Source of the DNA: the human T2T-CHM13v2.0 reference genome, Homo sapiens
Direction: 5' to 3'
Assembly: GCA_009914755.4 (NCBI GenBank)
Contig: CP068257.2
Location: forward strand, 31,488,001-31,552,000
DNA length: 64,000 nucleotides
The translations under genes and the position numbers were made by a program. A model generated the notes under the pieces. That model worked only from the letters and a program-made list of their open reading frames with translations. It was not told where the DNA came from and ran no database searches. This document shows, piece by piece, positions 15,556 to 32,048 of the stretch. Numbering within the stretch: position 1 is the stretch's first letter; every line of letters starts with the position of its first letter.

Positions 15556-16501
15556 TTATTTTGCTGATTTTAGGAGCTTTTATCTCATCAATTATTTTAT
15601 TGTTTACATTTCTCTTATTTCAATATGTGTATATTATTTATAATATTTACATATAACGAATGGTTGTTAAAATATTTAGACAGTTTCATTTTGTTTGTTT
15701 TTCCTTAGGAAACTTGCTCATAACACTTAAATTATAGAATATTCTCCAAACTTATTATTTGTTATGTGAAGTTTTCTTCTACCATTCAACCACACAGAAA
15801 ATGATAAATTTTTTTACATGTAATGCAAATGTGTAAAAATAAATTTTTAAAATATTTAGGCAGTATATAAAAATTTCACAAATCTGGAGACATCCAGACA
15901 TGGCTTATCACCCTGGTTTTACAAAACCGTGAATTCCTGGCACCCAAGTTCAAGGTGGGCATTTGGCTCATTGTAAGAAGTCCTGATTCAGCACCTTAGC
16001 CCACTGAATTGCTTTGGAATTTCTGGAATAAAACATTCTACTTCACCCTCAATTCTCTATGCCCAGAAACCATCCTGGCAGCAAGGCAGAGGGTCGATTC
16101 ACCACCATTTATTATCTCTGTGTGTGAGGCACCACACAGAATACATAAATACAAACTCTCCTCTTTCAAAAGAATATATCTGGGAAGATCATGCACATTT
16201 AGTTCAAGGACAGTGAGCAAACAGAAGTCAGGTGACTGTGAAGAATGGGAGACTGGTTAAAATCAGGAGCAGGTGGATGGTTCGTTTCCAAGAAGCTGAG
16301 CTGGGCTGAAGCACGCAGCGTGTCCGTTGCTGCTCCACTGAACCTCCAGCTGGATTTCCATGTGGTGGTGCAGGCGAGGGGCCGTGCCGATTCATTATGA
16401 CAAAATGACATATCAAAAAGGTTTTGCTGGCCTGCGAAAGATGCCCAACAGCAGATATGCATTATCTTATAAGTTAAGAATGCTGTCTTTTAGAGGGTTA
16501 G

Positions 16502-16809
<308 letters not shown>

Positions 16810-17699
16810 TAGCTGTTTTTTGACTTTGAAAATAGAAACCATTTCTGACAACAGTCTGAGAACTATGTGATTGGCACATTTATCGATGCTGTGAGTCTGG
16901 CTGTGATTTTTACTGTGCGCACAGCCCAGGACTTCTTGCCTGGAGACACAGGTCTAAACAACACAAAGGCCTTCACTGAGCCTAATTTTATCTCCGTCTG
17001 CACCTCATTACTCTGTGGTAGCTTGTTTCGTGCAAACAATTGCTGGTTTCTAGCATAACAAGGAGGCCCGTGGTGTCTGTATCGAACATATTCCTCAGAG
17101 AATGAGAAATCTCCAACCGGGAAAGAGGAGATTCTTGTTAAGGCCTGGAAATAGGCTGAAATGTAAATGTGTGTTCCCTTCCACAACGTGCCTAATTGCC
17201 CATAAATGTCATTAAGTCAAGAAACATTTTCCACCAAATTAACTTTGACTCATGATGTCTAATTAGCAGGAGAAGCTGGAAGATAACAACTTATCAGTCA
17301 CTGTTTAAGAAAACATGTTTAACGGGTGACTTTTGGCTAGCAGCAATGTTGAACCAGGTATTGTAACTGTCAAAACCATGCCTGAGCCCAGCAATTAAGG
17401 GCAATGTGTTTTTTTTTTGGTGCCAAGAATTTTACAACTCCCTCATGGGTGTTTTTTAAAAATTGTGGTGAGGGCCGGCTTCCTAGGAATCCATTGTGTA
17501 CATAAATGATAGGTTTGGGGTGGAAGGAAAGAAAACATCGGAGCTCAAAACTCTTTGGCAGAAAATATGGGAGCAATGCACTTAAAAGTGTTGATTCAAT
17601 TTTTAGCCCTTCTCAACATGAAAGGCTCAAACTCTACTTTGCAATTAAAAGAACATTCACAGAGAGGTTCTACTGCTTACAGAGGGCTTTGCCACACAT

Positions 17700-17840
17700 T
17701 CATGCCTCCCAGCAACCCTATTAGGTAGTTGCTATTACTGTCTCCATTTTACTAACAGGTAAACTGAGACCCAGAGAGGCTATTACTTTCCCAGACTCAT
17801 GTAGCAGCCAGTGGTGGGAATGCAATTTAAGACTAGTATT
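17700..17840 (-). mobile_element. MIR SINE fragment (minus)
   Basis: 'ctccattttactaacaggtaaactgagacccagagaggctattactttcccagactcatgtagcagccagtggtgggaatgcaatttaagact' resembles the MIR reverse complement 'ccccattttacagatgaggaaactgaggcacagagaggttaagtaacttgcccaaggtcacacagctagtaagtggcagagccaggattcgaac'. Confidence 0.5.
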
Positions 17841-17845
17841 TTAAG

Positions 17846-18631
<786 letters not shown>

Positions 18632-19334
18632 TTACGAACGTAGGGCACAAACCACCGTGGTATTTGCAGTTCCTACACCTTCCTCACCAGTCCAAATCGC
18701 TGACATTTTCAAGTTGTGTTACAATTGTTGGAGACCTCCTGAAATACTGTTTGCACTCTTACTTTATCTGCTAGACTTGCCACTCAATCTTGTTATTTAA
18801 TGTGCTTTCAAATAACTGCATAATTCTGCATCACAGATCTGTATCTGTAAAATATTTTCAGCATTATATTTCCATATAATTGGTTTCCTTTTATTCATGA
18901 GTATTTTATTTTATGCATTTAAAAATGTTATTCTGAGGAGTAGTTCGGAGGCTTCACCACACCAAACGGAACAGGGGCAGGGCTTCGGCTCTGGAGCTGC
19001 CACATTTAACAGTGAGGCTCTGTAGCTGCCATATTATTTAGTAGTTGCTGGCTGGCAGAGCCAGAAATCCACATGGAAATTGTGAGTGCATGTGCGTTTG
19101 GGTGTCTTGCAGAAGACAGCAAAGCACCTTTTAAGCATAAGCAGGACATAGCCCTGACCTCGGTGGGACCTCGCACTTTGAGATCTGAGGTGCACTCTGA
19201 CTTCTTGGGAGGAAGGGGAGGCTGAGCCCAGATACTCCTCAGTCTCCCCTACTCAGGCTCGTTCAATCAATGCACTGTCCTGTCCCCTAAGTTAGTCTAC
19301 ATGAGAGCAGTGCTTCCTTTCCTAATGAGAACAA

Positions 19335-19555
19335 GCGTAGAAGTCACCACTATACATGTAAGCACTGGCAGAAATGCAGGATGTGTTGCCAGCGCTGCGA
19401 AGATGCACACCCGCAGAAGAAAGCAACAGCAGAGAGCGCGGCAAACCACAGCCACTGTGCGGAGCTTCGCACCCAGCACGCTCCCAGAACCACGGAGCAT
19501 CAGGCAGCGCCGGCGTTCTAACCCCGCGTGCCCTCGCATGACGGCAGAGGCGTTG
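19335..19555. promoter_or_regulatory. CpG-retaining, GC-rich unique block (possible small CpG island / regulatory element)
   Basis: About 14 CpG in about 220 bp: 'cagcgctgcgaag...acccgcag...gagcgcggcaaacc...tgtgcggagcttcgcacccagcacgctcc...gcagcgccggcgttctaaccccgcgtgccctcgcatgacggcagaggcgttgg'. No repeat signature is evident. Confidence 0.3.
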
Positions 19556-20519
19556 GTATTTAGGTTTTGTAATTAATTAACTGCCTTTCTCTCGGCCTTC
19601 AACCTGGCCTCTGGAAAGCATGTGGGAAGGCACTGCCTAAAAGGAACAGAGAGGATTTGGAGAGAGGCTGGGAATAAGGAGAGAGGCGAGGAGGGAGGGA
19701 GGAAGAACTAGGGTTGTAACGGAAGCTGAAAATACATACTTGAAACCCAGGCAGAGTGGCTACGGTAGTTAGTGGGCTATTTTAATCTTAGGGGTGGGAG
19801 CAGTTGTTCACATGCACCTAAATTAGTGGCTTCGATTTAAGCAGAGTCATTCTATAGTAAGCATTGGTCATTGTCACAGAAAAAGAGCACTTTGAGGACT
19901 CATGAGGAGTTGACTTTGTGGAGGCTCAGAAAAACAGGCCCTCCTGGCAGGTCAGAGAGGAACAAAGAGAATCCCCATTGCTCTGCAGCAAATGTATGTG
20001 GCCTGCTTTGCCGTGGAGTTGTGTGGAGCCAACGTTTCAGCCAGGGAGGGCACAAGCCACAAGACCACACCCTGCCCACCCCCGAGGAGGATGGGACCCC
20101 TTGTGTCCCAAGAGCCTAGGACTGAGTCACTGAACACCAAAGTTGTTTGAAAGAGAAAGAAAAGGGTAGGAAGGCACTTGAGGTTCTATGCAAATGTACC
20201 TCCGAGGCCAGGTGTGTGGAAAGAATGCCCCTCCATGGCTGTGTCAAGAAAAGGAGAGGTGGAGGAAGGGGAGGTTTGTGAAGGCAGTGGGCATGGAAGC
20301 TATGAAAACGGACCCTGGGGAGAGGAGAGGTTCGTGGGACGTGGTGATCCTCAGTCACGCACTCTGTGGGGCAAAAGCCTTGCACACATGGGATCCATTT
20401 GTCTCCGAGGTAGGTTCTAAGCCCCTCACTTCACAGATGAGAAGCTGGGGTTCAGAGAGATGAAGTGACTCACCCAAATTAACTCAACAAATAAGCCTCG
20501 GAGCCAAGCAATGGAGCCA

Positions 20520-20715
20520 GCTCTGTGTGTCACTAAGACACACGCTTTTCACCCAGTTCAGGGGGTGTCAGCCTCAGGGAGGCTGGCACCCCCCCAGCGA
20601 AACAACCAGACTGGGAGTACTTTGAGGCAGAGATTGCCCCCTTGGACACCTCTTTACTCTGGTGCCTGCTATAGATTTGGCATATAGTAGGTGCTCAATT
20701 AATATTTGTTGAATT
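20520..20715 (+). mobile_element. MIR SINE 3' portion
   Basis: Terminal 'ggtgcctgctatagatttggcatatagtaggtgctcaattaatatttgttgaat' matches the MIR 3' end 'gtgcctggcacatagtaagcgctcaataaatgttggtt'. Confidence 0.45.
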
Positions 20716-21526
20716 ATTGAATTTATGAATTCAATGATTTAAGAATTTTGAATGAATGAGTTTGTGAATAAACCAAATTTGGTTTCTTGAGGTCATAGCT
20801 TAAGAGGCATTCTCAGAAAGTGCTCTATACCCCACTCCACACTCCAGATCCCCAAAGACTTTCTCAGAGATGTTTTCTAGTTGCTAGAAGTGGGAAAAAT
20901 GGGAAACCTTCTGCAGGGCTTGGGGACTGACGAGACCCAAGGAAACCAACAGCACGAGCAGAGACCTCCACAGAGGCAGAAGGACAGCCCAGAGCCCGGA
21001 GTCCTGGACCCCTGTGGGGGCTGCTTTTATTTATTTACAGAATGTATTGATACTTACTTCTTTCCAAAAATGACTTTGAAATGAGTGCCTGCCGCAGTCA
21101 GAGGAGTACAAAATAAGACAGGGGGACAGAATCCACCGGAAGTTCAAGGGCAGGAGGTTTGCTTGGCAAAGATCTGGGTTCTGCATGGAGTTCTCAACTC
21201 ATCAGAGCAAGTGGAAGCTGGGCTCGAGCCAAGAGAGAAATCAGAAAGGGTACATCAAGAAAGAAAGAGAAAAATCACTGGAGATGCAGAAAAAGGAAAG
21301 GAAGAGGTAGTCAATTAAGAGGCTGGAACCTGGGGTGGGACCCGGCAGGTGGTAACCTGAGACTCACTTCCTGCCAGAACAGACAGGTGCAATTCAGATG
21401 GCCTCTTCCAGGAAAAGAGGTGACTGCATGGTTGTGGATATTTCCCTACAGAGCAGGATCTTTTGCAGCGGAGTGTCTGAGTGCATCACCAAAGTCTCTT
21501 TCCTCCCATCCTAAACTTATCATTAG

Positions 21527-21873
<347 letters not shown>

Positions 21874-22227
21874 TTACCACAGTTTCTAAAAATCATCTGT
21901 GAGGGAGTTGTAAAATTATTGGCACCAAAAAAGAGATATTGCACCTAAGTGCTGAGCCCAAGCATGGTTTTGACACATGAGTTCCACAATGGGAAATATT
22001 ACTCCCAAACTCTAGGTTCATAAATAGACCTGGCACTGGTGTCCTCAGAACAGACAACTTTGGATCTGTCATGTCCTTTTGTTACGTTTCCTCCCCCTTT
22101 AATTTGGGGGAATGCAATTGAATATGGCAGACTGGTATTTAGATTGCAAGCTGCCGTCACATTTCAATTGGTGTATGATCTATTTGGGGGCCAGTATTGT
22201 GTGTTCTGGGGCTCTTCTGTTGGAGGC

Positions 22228-22590
22228 TAATATGGTTTGGCTGTGCCCGCACCCAAATCTCATCTCGAAGTGTTGCTCTCATAATTCCCGCGTGTTGTGG
22301 GAGGGACCCAGTGGGAGATAATTGAATCATGGGGGCGGTTTCCCCCATACTGTTCTCATGGTAGTGAATAAGTCTCACAAGATCTGTTGTTTTTAGAAGG
22401 GGTTTCCCCTTTCACTTGGCTCCCATTTTCTCTCTTGCTGCCACCGTGTAAGAAGTGCCTTTAGCCTTCCGCTATGACTGTGAGGCCTCCCCAACCATGT
22501 GGAACTGTGAGTCCACTGAACCTCTTTTTCTTTATAAATTACCCAGTCTGGGTGTGTCTCTATCCACAGCATGAAAACACACTAATAAAG
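22228..22590 (+). mobile_element. THE1-type MaLR (ERVL-MaLR) solo LTR
   Basis: Begins 'taatatggtttggctgtgcccgcacccaaatctcatctcgaagtgttgctctcataattcccgcgtgttgtgggagggacccagtgggagataattgaatcatggggg' and ends '...ctgtgagtccactgaacctctttttctttataaattacccagtctgggtgtgtctctatccacagcatgaaaacacactaataaag'. It is co-linear with the THE1 LTR consensus ('TGATATGGTTTGGCTGTGTCCCCACCCAAATCTCATCTTGAATTGT...'). Confidence 0.8.
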
Positions 22591-22599
22591 AGGCTCTAT

Positions 22600-22760
22600 G
22601 CATAATGGTTAAGAGCTTGAGCTGAGGGTCAGATGGTCCCGGTTTCCAAACATCAGAGTGTCCATCTATAAAATGGCATTCATACAGAGGTGATGCACAT
22701 AGATCACCTCACATGCCTAGCACAGTCAGTGCTCAGTAAATGTCACTACTGATGTTATGC
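22600..22760 (+). mobile_element. MIR SINE fragment
   Basis: 'ggttaagagcttgagctgagggtcagatggtcccggtttccaaaca...tccatctataaaatggcattcatacag...acatgcctagcacagtcagtgctcagtaaatgtcactact' follows the MIR consensus (GGTTAAGAGCAC...CTCATCTGTAAAATGGG...CTGGCACATAGTAAGCGCTCAATAAATG). Confidence 0.55.
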
Positions 22761-23506
22761 CTCATCTTCAGAGCCTCTGGACTTACAGGAGTGGGAAGTG
22801 TAGTATTGCTTAGAGGGTAGGCGTCCCCTTTGCATTGCACTTTCCACAAGAGTGGTGGTTAGGAGGTCACTGATCTCTTTGAGACGCTAATGAAAACTAC
22901 GAACCTTCTTCCCAGAATAGCACATACATGTATGTGTGAGTGCACACTCATGCGCATGTTTTTGCCTTCAAGCTCAGGGAGTTCATAGGACGCCACCCCA
23001 GAGCCTACCCTTGCACCCCTGTCTGGGCACCAAGTTGTGATTAGCCCATTTGGGAGCTGAGATACAGCTATCCAGTTTGTCCAGGAGATGCTACATCAAG
23101 CCAAATGACAGCTGCAAAGACCCAACCCAGGCCCCCATCAGACACCCTCCCTCAGTCTGGGTGGAAAGGACTTTGTACATCGAGTTCATCAGGGAGGTAA
23201 AAGATAAAAGTGTCTGTATGTGACTTGGAGTCTTTATTTCATTCTACTCATATTTGGGGAGAAGGAATTGTCAATAGTATCTGACACAATAAAGTGAAAG
23301 TTAAATCATTTTGTCAACAATCTCCAGATAAACGTACTCCAGCAAAATTAACGAAGGTCCTGATTAACCATGCCCTTTAATTTGGGACGGGGGTAAAATA
23401 CAAATATATGAGTGATTGGTGCTCATACAAGGAAGAGGGGCCTTACTGTTTAAACACATTAGGGCCATATTGATGCCACTGTAGAGCTATGACTATGTAA
23501 AGTACC

Positions 23507-23625
23507 AGCGTGGCTAGGCATTGTGACCTGTACCTGCAATCCCAGCTACATGGGAGGCTGACGCAGGAGGATTGCTTCAGGCCAGGAGTTCAAGGCCAGC
23601 CTGGGCAACATAGCAAGACCCTATT
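23507..23625 (+). mobile_element. Free left Alu monomer (FLAM-like) fragment
   Basis: 'ggctaggcattgtgacctgtacctgcaatcccagctacatgggaggctgacgcaggaggattgcttcaggccaggagttcaaggccagcctgggcaacatagcaagaccctatttc'. Confidence 0.55.
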
Positions 23626-24700
23626 TCTAAAACAATTAAAAATGAATAAGTTATAATAATAATTTTAACAATCATTAAATAAATAAGGTACCAGTGTGAT
23701 AACAATGACATCTCGCTTAGATAGTGCCAGTTCTGTAATCCTGTGATCCTCTTTGCCCAAGGTCACACAGCCCCCCAACCAGTGAACTCAACTGGAGAGC
23801 GTTATCCAATATGACTTATGGGATGCACAAAAGTGTGACTTGGAGATAAACTAGTTGAAATTCTCTCCTCTTGTAATCTTTATTTTCTTGGAGAAATAGT
23901 GAAGAAATTAATGTTATAAAAGCTCTGCAAAAGTGAACTGACCACCTAATTAGTCCAGGTGAATATTTAAACCACTGTGGAAAAGTTGATTTTTCCATTT
24001 GCTATTGCTGTGTAATGAACCAAAACCTCAGTGGCATAAAACACTAGTCATTTATCATCACCCACGTATTTGCATGTTTACAGGGCTGGCTTGGTCTTGG
24101 CTGATCTGGACTTGGCGCCTCTGATCCTGGTGTCTCTCATCCTCCTGGACCCACTGGCTGACTGGATATGTTCCTATCATGGCATTGGCAGAAGCACAAG
24201 GGAGAGAGCCCGACCCCACAAGTACTTTCCAAGGTCCTTGACTGAGTTGTGCCCACTAATAGCCCGTTAACCAAAGCCACAAAGTCACCCAAATTCCATA
24301 GGCGCACCCAAAGCCGAATGGCAGGGCAGCTATGGGGGAGGGGAAAGGGGCAAATATTTCTGAACGGTCATCTAATCTTCCCAGCGTGAGAGAGAGAGAG
24401 GGAAAGCTTAAGAGAAATAAGATGTTTTGCAGTGGTTCTCAACTTTGCATATTAAAGCTACCTAGAGATGTTTTTTAAATACCTATGCATGGGTCCAACC
24501 TCAAAGATTCTGAGCTAGGGTGTGGTCCTGACATGGAAGTCAAGTATGAAAACCACTCTCTAAAGATTTCCCAGAGCCCTTCCTCAAGAGCAGTCATCTT
24601 ACCCCTAACTGCGCATCAGAATCACCTCGGGAGCTTTTACAAACTACACATGCTAGAGACCTGCCCCAGACCAGCATGTTATTTTTTTTTTAAGCATTCC

Positions 24701-25073
<373 letters not shown>

Positions 25074-27557
25074 TCAGTTCTTTTATTCATGACACAAAGA
25101 TTATTCAAGGCCTACGGCTATATGTGCTAGGGCTTGGTGACACCCCGGTGAGCCCAAATGGACACAGACTCTTCTCTCCCAGAGCTTAGTGCAGGAAACA
25201 GTCAATTAAATTATTACATTAACGAATGAGGAAGAGGCTCTGGTGGAAAAGAACATGAGTCTGTGACAGCAACAGCAAACCCTGGGGAAGTCATACAAGG
25301 CTTCCTTGAGGAGGTGTTCTGGGCCCGGGCCTGGCTGTAAACGCAAGGAGCCCCTAGAGTTAAATAGAAAGTAGGAGCAGGGTCAGCATCGCCTCCACCA
25401 CATCTCAGTGCTGTTCCAGTGAACAAAGACATACCTTGCAGGAAGATTTGTGGGGGGTGGGGTCTAGGTGCCTCAGCAGACACCAAATGGGCTGGAGGAG
25501 ACAAAGCTGACAGGCAGATCCACTGATCGCCACATGGTAGGAGGGAGATAGAACTCTCCTCGCCTCTTCTCCCCTCCCCAGGGGCAGCTGCCATCAGTGG
25601 ACGCGTTGAAAGGACCAAGCCCCCATCTGGAAGGGCTGGAGGGGAGAGGGATTGGGAACGGTGAAGTTGCAAGGAAGGAGATCTGGGTGATAGAAAGTTC
25701 TGGAATTGTAGGTGTTTGCTGCTAAGAGGTGTCTCAGTTTGGTGGGCAGTTCAGCTCCTAAACTCCATGAGCTTTGGAGTTCTGGAGGTTTGCAGGACTG
25801 GGGGCGGTGGTACAGTGGAGCAGGTTTGCCCAGGTGCCAAGTGTACACATCTCAACTCTGCTTAGTGACATTCTGTCAGGGGCTCAAAATCAGCCACGGT
25901 GGGAGTATTTACACCATGGAAATCAGTAAAAGCCAAAAATCAGGGCTCTCTTTTATCTCCACCTCAGGAGAGCCTGTTGTTAGACTTTTATATCACACCA
26001 CTGGCTGGAAGGAACTTTTAGCTTGGAAATCCTTAATTGATGAGCTCCAGGCCAATCAACTGAGGGTTCAGAAGCAAAGGAAGGGAGCTGACATAGAACT
26101 GAAGCTGCAGGAAGGAAGGCAAAGCTACAGAGAGTGAGCATTTGGCTGGAAATTCCTGTCGGGTCTATCTCCAGAACCCAGGAGGGGAGGACATATGGAC
26201 ATAAGAGGCTGAGGCCGTTTATGTGCAATGAGTTCTTAAGCAGGTCACTTTTCTAGCCCACAGGGCTTGTTTTATTGCAGGACCAGGCAATTTTTTGAGT
26301 TCCCTTCTAATGCTAACACGTATGAGTTTAACTATGTATATCTGTACATAGAAATTTAACTAGCAATATGGAAGGAAACCCACAAGCCACACCACTGGTC
26401 CTGTCCACAAGCATGGGTAACATAAAATGAGGTGGATTTATTCATTCGTCAATTCATTTGTTAAATTCGAATTATTTTTGAGACTTGCTGTGATACAGCA
26501 TCTCTCTTCCTAAGCATTGTGTATGATATTAAGAAAATTTGCCAAAGCTCACTCCCTACCCACCATCCCTACCTCTCCTCTCTCCTGCCCGGTACCTCCA
26601 ACATCTGGATTGCACACCAGAGGGTATGGGAAAGCAGAACAAAACCAGATGAGAAATCTGGAAGTCAGGTGTAGCAGATGCTGTCAATGTCCCATCAATA
26701 TCCCCTGCTCTGCAAAAAGCCCTTCAAGATGCTTCTTTCGCTGAGGTCTTTTTCTGGCCTTGAGGCCACATTTGGCCTGCGTGCACAGTGAACCATGGAG
26801 GTGGTACAGTGTTCACGCCCCTGGAAGCAGCTTCAGGCAGTGACGATGGGAACTGAGGAGCCCAGCCCTGGTTGTTCTTCACTGTCCCCCAGAGTCCCCA
26901 GAGAGCTGAGCTCATTTCCCACAGCAGTAACTAGCTTGATAACCCATTTTTTACTGGCTCTCTCCCCTTCCCCACTCCCCTACCAATGTTTCCTGCTATC
27001 AGCTCCCAAATAAATAATTTGCATTAGAATCTTTGTCTCAGAGTGGGCTTCTGGAGGAATCCAAATGAAAACAGCGGGAGTCTAACAGTGGGCTGGGAAG
27101 CTTCAGAAAACTGCTGGACTTCTCTGAAACTTGCTTTCCTCTTCCATAAAGTGGGTTCCCATAAGACTGTCTGTCCCTTACCCCTCTCACAGAGAGGAGG
27201 CAAGGTGGCATGAGGCAAGAGGTGCGACAGGGCCTGGGAGAAGCCACAGCACCCACGGTGGGGACATCTTATGCTGGTTTGGAAGATGTTAGATGTCTCA
27301 GAGAAAGACAGACTTTATTCCCCGGAGAGCTTCTGAGAGGGTAAAGACATATTTGACCTAAAGTGGTTTTGGAACTGGATCTTACCCCAAAATAGAGAGA
27401 ATGAGAGAAAGGCAGGAAGGCAGACAAGAAGGAACGGAGGGAGGGAGGAAAGAAAGAAAGAAAATAGAAAAATGAAATTTGTATGATTTTCTCATTTTAC
27501 AACCCAACAGAGTCACTGGCATTTGGGGACTGTCCTTAAAAGATTTGGAGAATGAAG

Positions 27558-27900
<343 letters not shown>

Positions 27901-28548
27901 TTATGCTGAAAAATTGAAATAGAGTCTTTAATTTTCCAAGTCACAGAGCTACAAACATGTACAGATAAAACTGACAGGATATATAAATGTTAGCAAACTT
28001 CCCCCTTTAAAAAAGAGAATTCTCTTTGTCAACATTTGTTCTCATATCAACAAATTAGGGAAAGGACCTAAACGTTCAATTAAATACTCTTTGGATCAGA
28101 AAACCACGGAGAGAAACGTGTGGCAGTCCCAAGTGTGTTCCTGGTTTACCTCATTGTTTCTGAGCTCTGCAGCCTGACACATACGGTGCGTAATATTATC
28201 CAAACAGCATCACACGCATGTGCCCAAAGGGACAGCCACATCCCCAGTCCCGGCTCTGTGCCTTATTTTTAAAGCTTTGGGGCTTTTTCAACATTATTTT
28301 TGCGCTGTAAGGGAAGAATGAAGGGGCAGGGGGATGGGAAAAGAATTGAAAATAACCAGTTTCAAACATGCCCCTAACTCACACGCCAAAATATGGCTTT
28401 CTAATGAGAGGACTGCACAGCACAAAGCTGTGGCCCCAGGAAAGTGCAGACGTTATGGGTACCCCCGTTCATACCGCAGCAGAACGATGAGTGCACAGCT
28501 GGTGAGACACCCCACTTGCCTCAACTTCTAGAAAAACTGGAGCGATTC

Positions 28549-28951
<403 letters not shown>

Positions 28952-30469
28952 TTAGGACGGAAGGATTAGAGGGAACAAGAAGCAGGGAATGCACCCGTCG
29001 ACACCACCCTGCTAACACTTTATGCGTTTTTTAAAGTTATTTTCTTTTTTAATTCTTAAAAGTTCACACTGAGCCAGACAAGTTTCAATCCCATATAAAT
29101 TCAGATGATGAATCCACACAAAGCTCCGGAAGATTTGCAATGGAAATGGCCACCGGCCCTTAACTACAGAGCCCAATGCGACACTTGCAGCGTGTCTGAT
29201 TTGGAATTCAAATTCCACTCAAGACAATGGTCCTTTATTAAGTTTCTGACATTCATACCTTGCCTGCTGGCTGGGCCATTTCTCACTGACCACTTATCCT
29301 GGGAGGCATTCTAACTCTTCACCCAAACACGTTAAGAAGGTGAACTGACCAAAGGGAACCACCCAAAGAGATAAAATGCTGTGCAAAACTGAGTCTGACA
29401 AAGCCCCTGCTCTCTGCCTCACGCCATCCTTTGCTGGCCACACCCATTTGCCTTTCCGAGCCATGAAACCGAAAGGGTTGTCTCTGTGGCTGAGCCAGGT
29501 ACCTGTTGACCACCCTTTCCCCCTCTCCAGTTCATATCCTCTGCTGCTGTCAGTGACACATGCTTCCTGGCTCATCTGGGTGGCCCAGCCTCATTAGGAA
29601 GGGATTTGGTGCCTGTTAGTTAATTGAGGCCCGTTCCTGCCACCTGCCACTCGCAGGCCTCATCTGCACACTAACTGCTTCTAATTGTCATCATACGGCA
29701 GGATCCCCGCAACAACTTGAGAACAGATCCCGAGCAGCCCGTGCAGGCTCCACGACGGTCCAGGGAGCTGAGGCTCAGGGAGCATCGGGCACTGTGACGA
29801 TTTAGCAAGGGGCCAGATGTTTGGAAAAGAAAGGCACTTTGCATCAACATCAGTGTGAAAGTTTCTCATTTATTATACTCCCCGGTGCCACTTTATAGCT
29901 AGGATGAATAAAAGGCTTCATCTGTACAGAAACCAACTCAATGGAGAACAAATGGCTCAGCGTCGCAGACTGCACATCACGCAGAAATGGTGCGGCTTAT
30001 CCACGCACAACTGGAGCCGGCGCATTGGCTTAACTTCTCCTATTGAGAAGTCGGAATGTGTTTAGGATATCAGAGCGTACCCCCACACCCTGTTTTGAAA
30101 GAGTTTGAGTAGAAAAAGGTGCAGAGGTGAGTGCCAAAAGCTGATCAGCCCCTTGAGGTTGGAGAGGGGAGTCGGGGAGGAGACACAGGATGACACAGAA
30201 GGAGAAAGTCAAACACACTCAGAGACCTGAAGGGAAAAGAGACGGAGGGAAAATGTACCATCCAGTGGAAGAGTCGGAAGGGGCTTTGGCGTAGGTACAG
30301 AATACATATCTGAGGGAAATGGAAATACATTCAAGACACAAGCTGTGAGGACTAAGGAGAGAGACAGTGAGAAAGGGGAAAGGAGAGTCTGTCATTATAG
30401 GAAGTCACAGGATTTAGGGGCTCAGGAACCACATCTGGAGGGAATCAATCTGGACTTAATAGAAATTAG

Positions 30470-30812
<343 letters not shown>

Positions 30813-31282
30813 TAGTTTTGGTTTTTAAACTACAATCATAACCCCAGCCCACCTCCCCGGGAGTCGAAGCCCCAGGGTCTCGGGATGCCCCATCACTGGG
30901 GTATTTGTCCGGTCTCTTCCCCTAAAACTGGGAAGTATTTTTTGCCTAGAGATTTCTAAGTCATGTCTGCTTATGAGTCCTTTCCTGCTGGATGAAGGAA
31001 TGGAAAGAAATAAGGAAAACCTGGGATGAACCTAGGAGGGACGTGGCACCAGAGAAAAAGAAACAAGAATGAGAAACGCAACACCCAAAAGGCTCAAGTG
31101 TGGAATTAAGGGTGAGACATATGGCTTCGTCGCCACAGATTTAGCCAATGGATAAAAATATGCCCCGAGACAGGTTGCAGCAATGTCTCCTCACTCCCCC
31201 ATCTCTAAGATTCCAGAAAGAAACCAAAACAAATGGAAAGTCAAAGCCTGCCCTGGAAGGCTCGTTTATTTGTCTGTTTGAT

Positions 31283-31914
<632 letters not shown>

Positions 31915-31967
31915 GTGTGGGTTTTTTAATAAACCAAGTTCTGAAATTAATGCCATCCTTTCTAACA

Positions 31968-32048
31968 GAGAGAGAAGGAAGGAAAGGAGGGAGGGAGGGA
32001 GGGAGGGAGGAAGGAAGGAAGGAAGGGAGGGAGGGAGGGAGGGAGGGA
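31968..32048. repeat. (GGAA)n/(GGGA)n purine microsatellite
   Basis: 'agagagaaggaaggaaaggagggagggagggagggagggaggaaggaaggaaggaagggagggagggagggagggagggata'. Confidence 0.9.

Noticed and set aside
19335-19555. tRNA or other small structured RNA gene in the CpG-rich block
   Set aside because: I could not find a cloverleaf-compatible arrangement (no A-box 'TRGCNNAGTGG' or B-box 'GGTTCGANTCC' matches). It is kept only as a CpG-retaining block.
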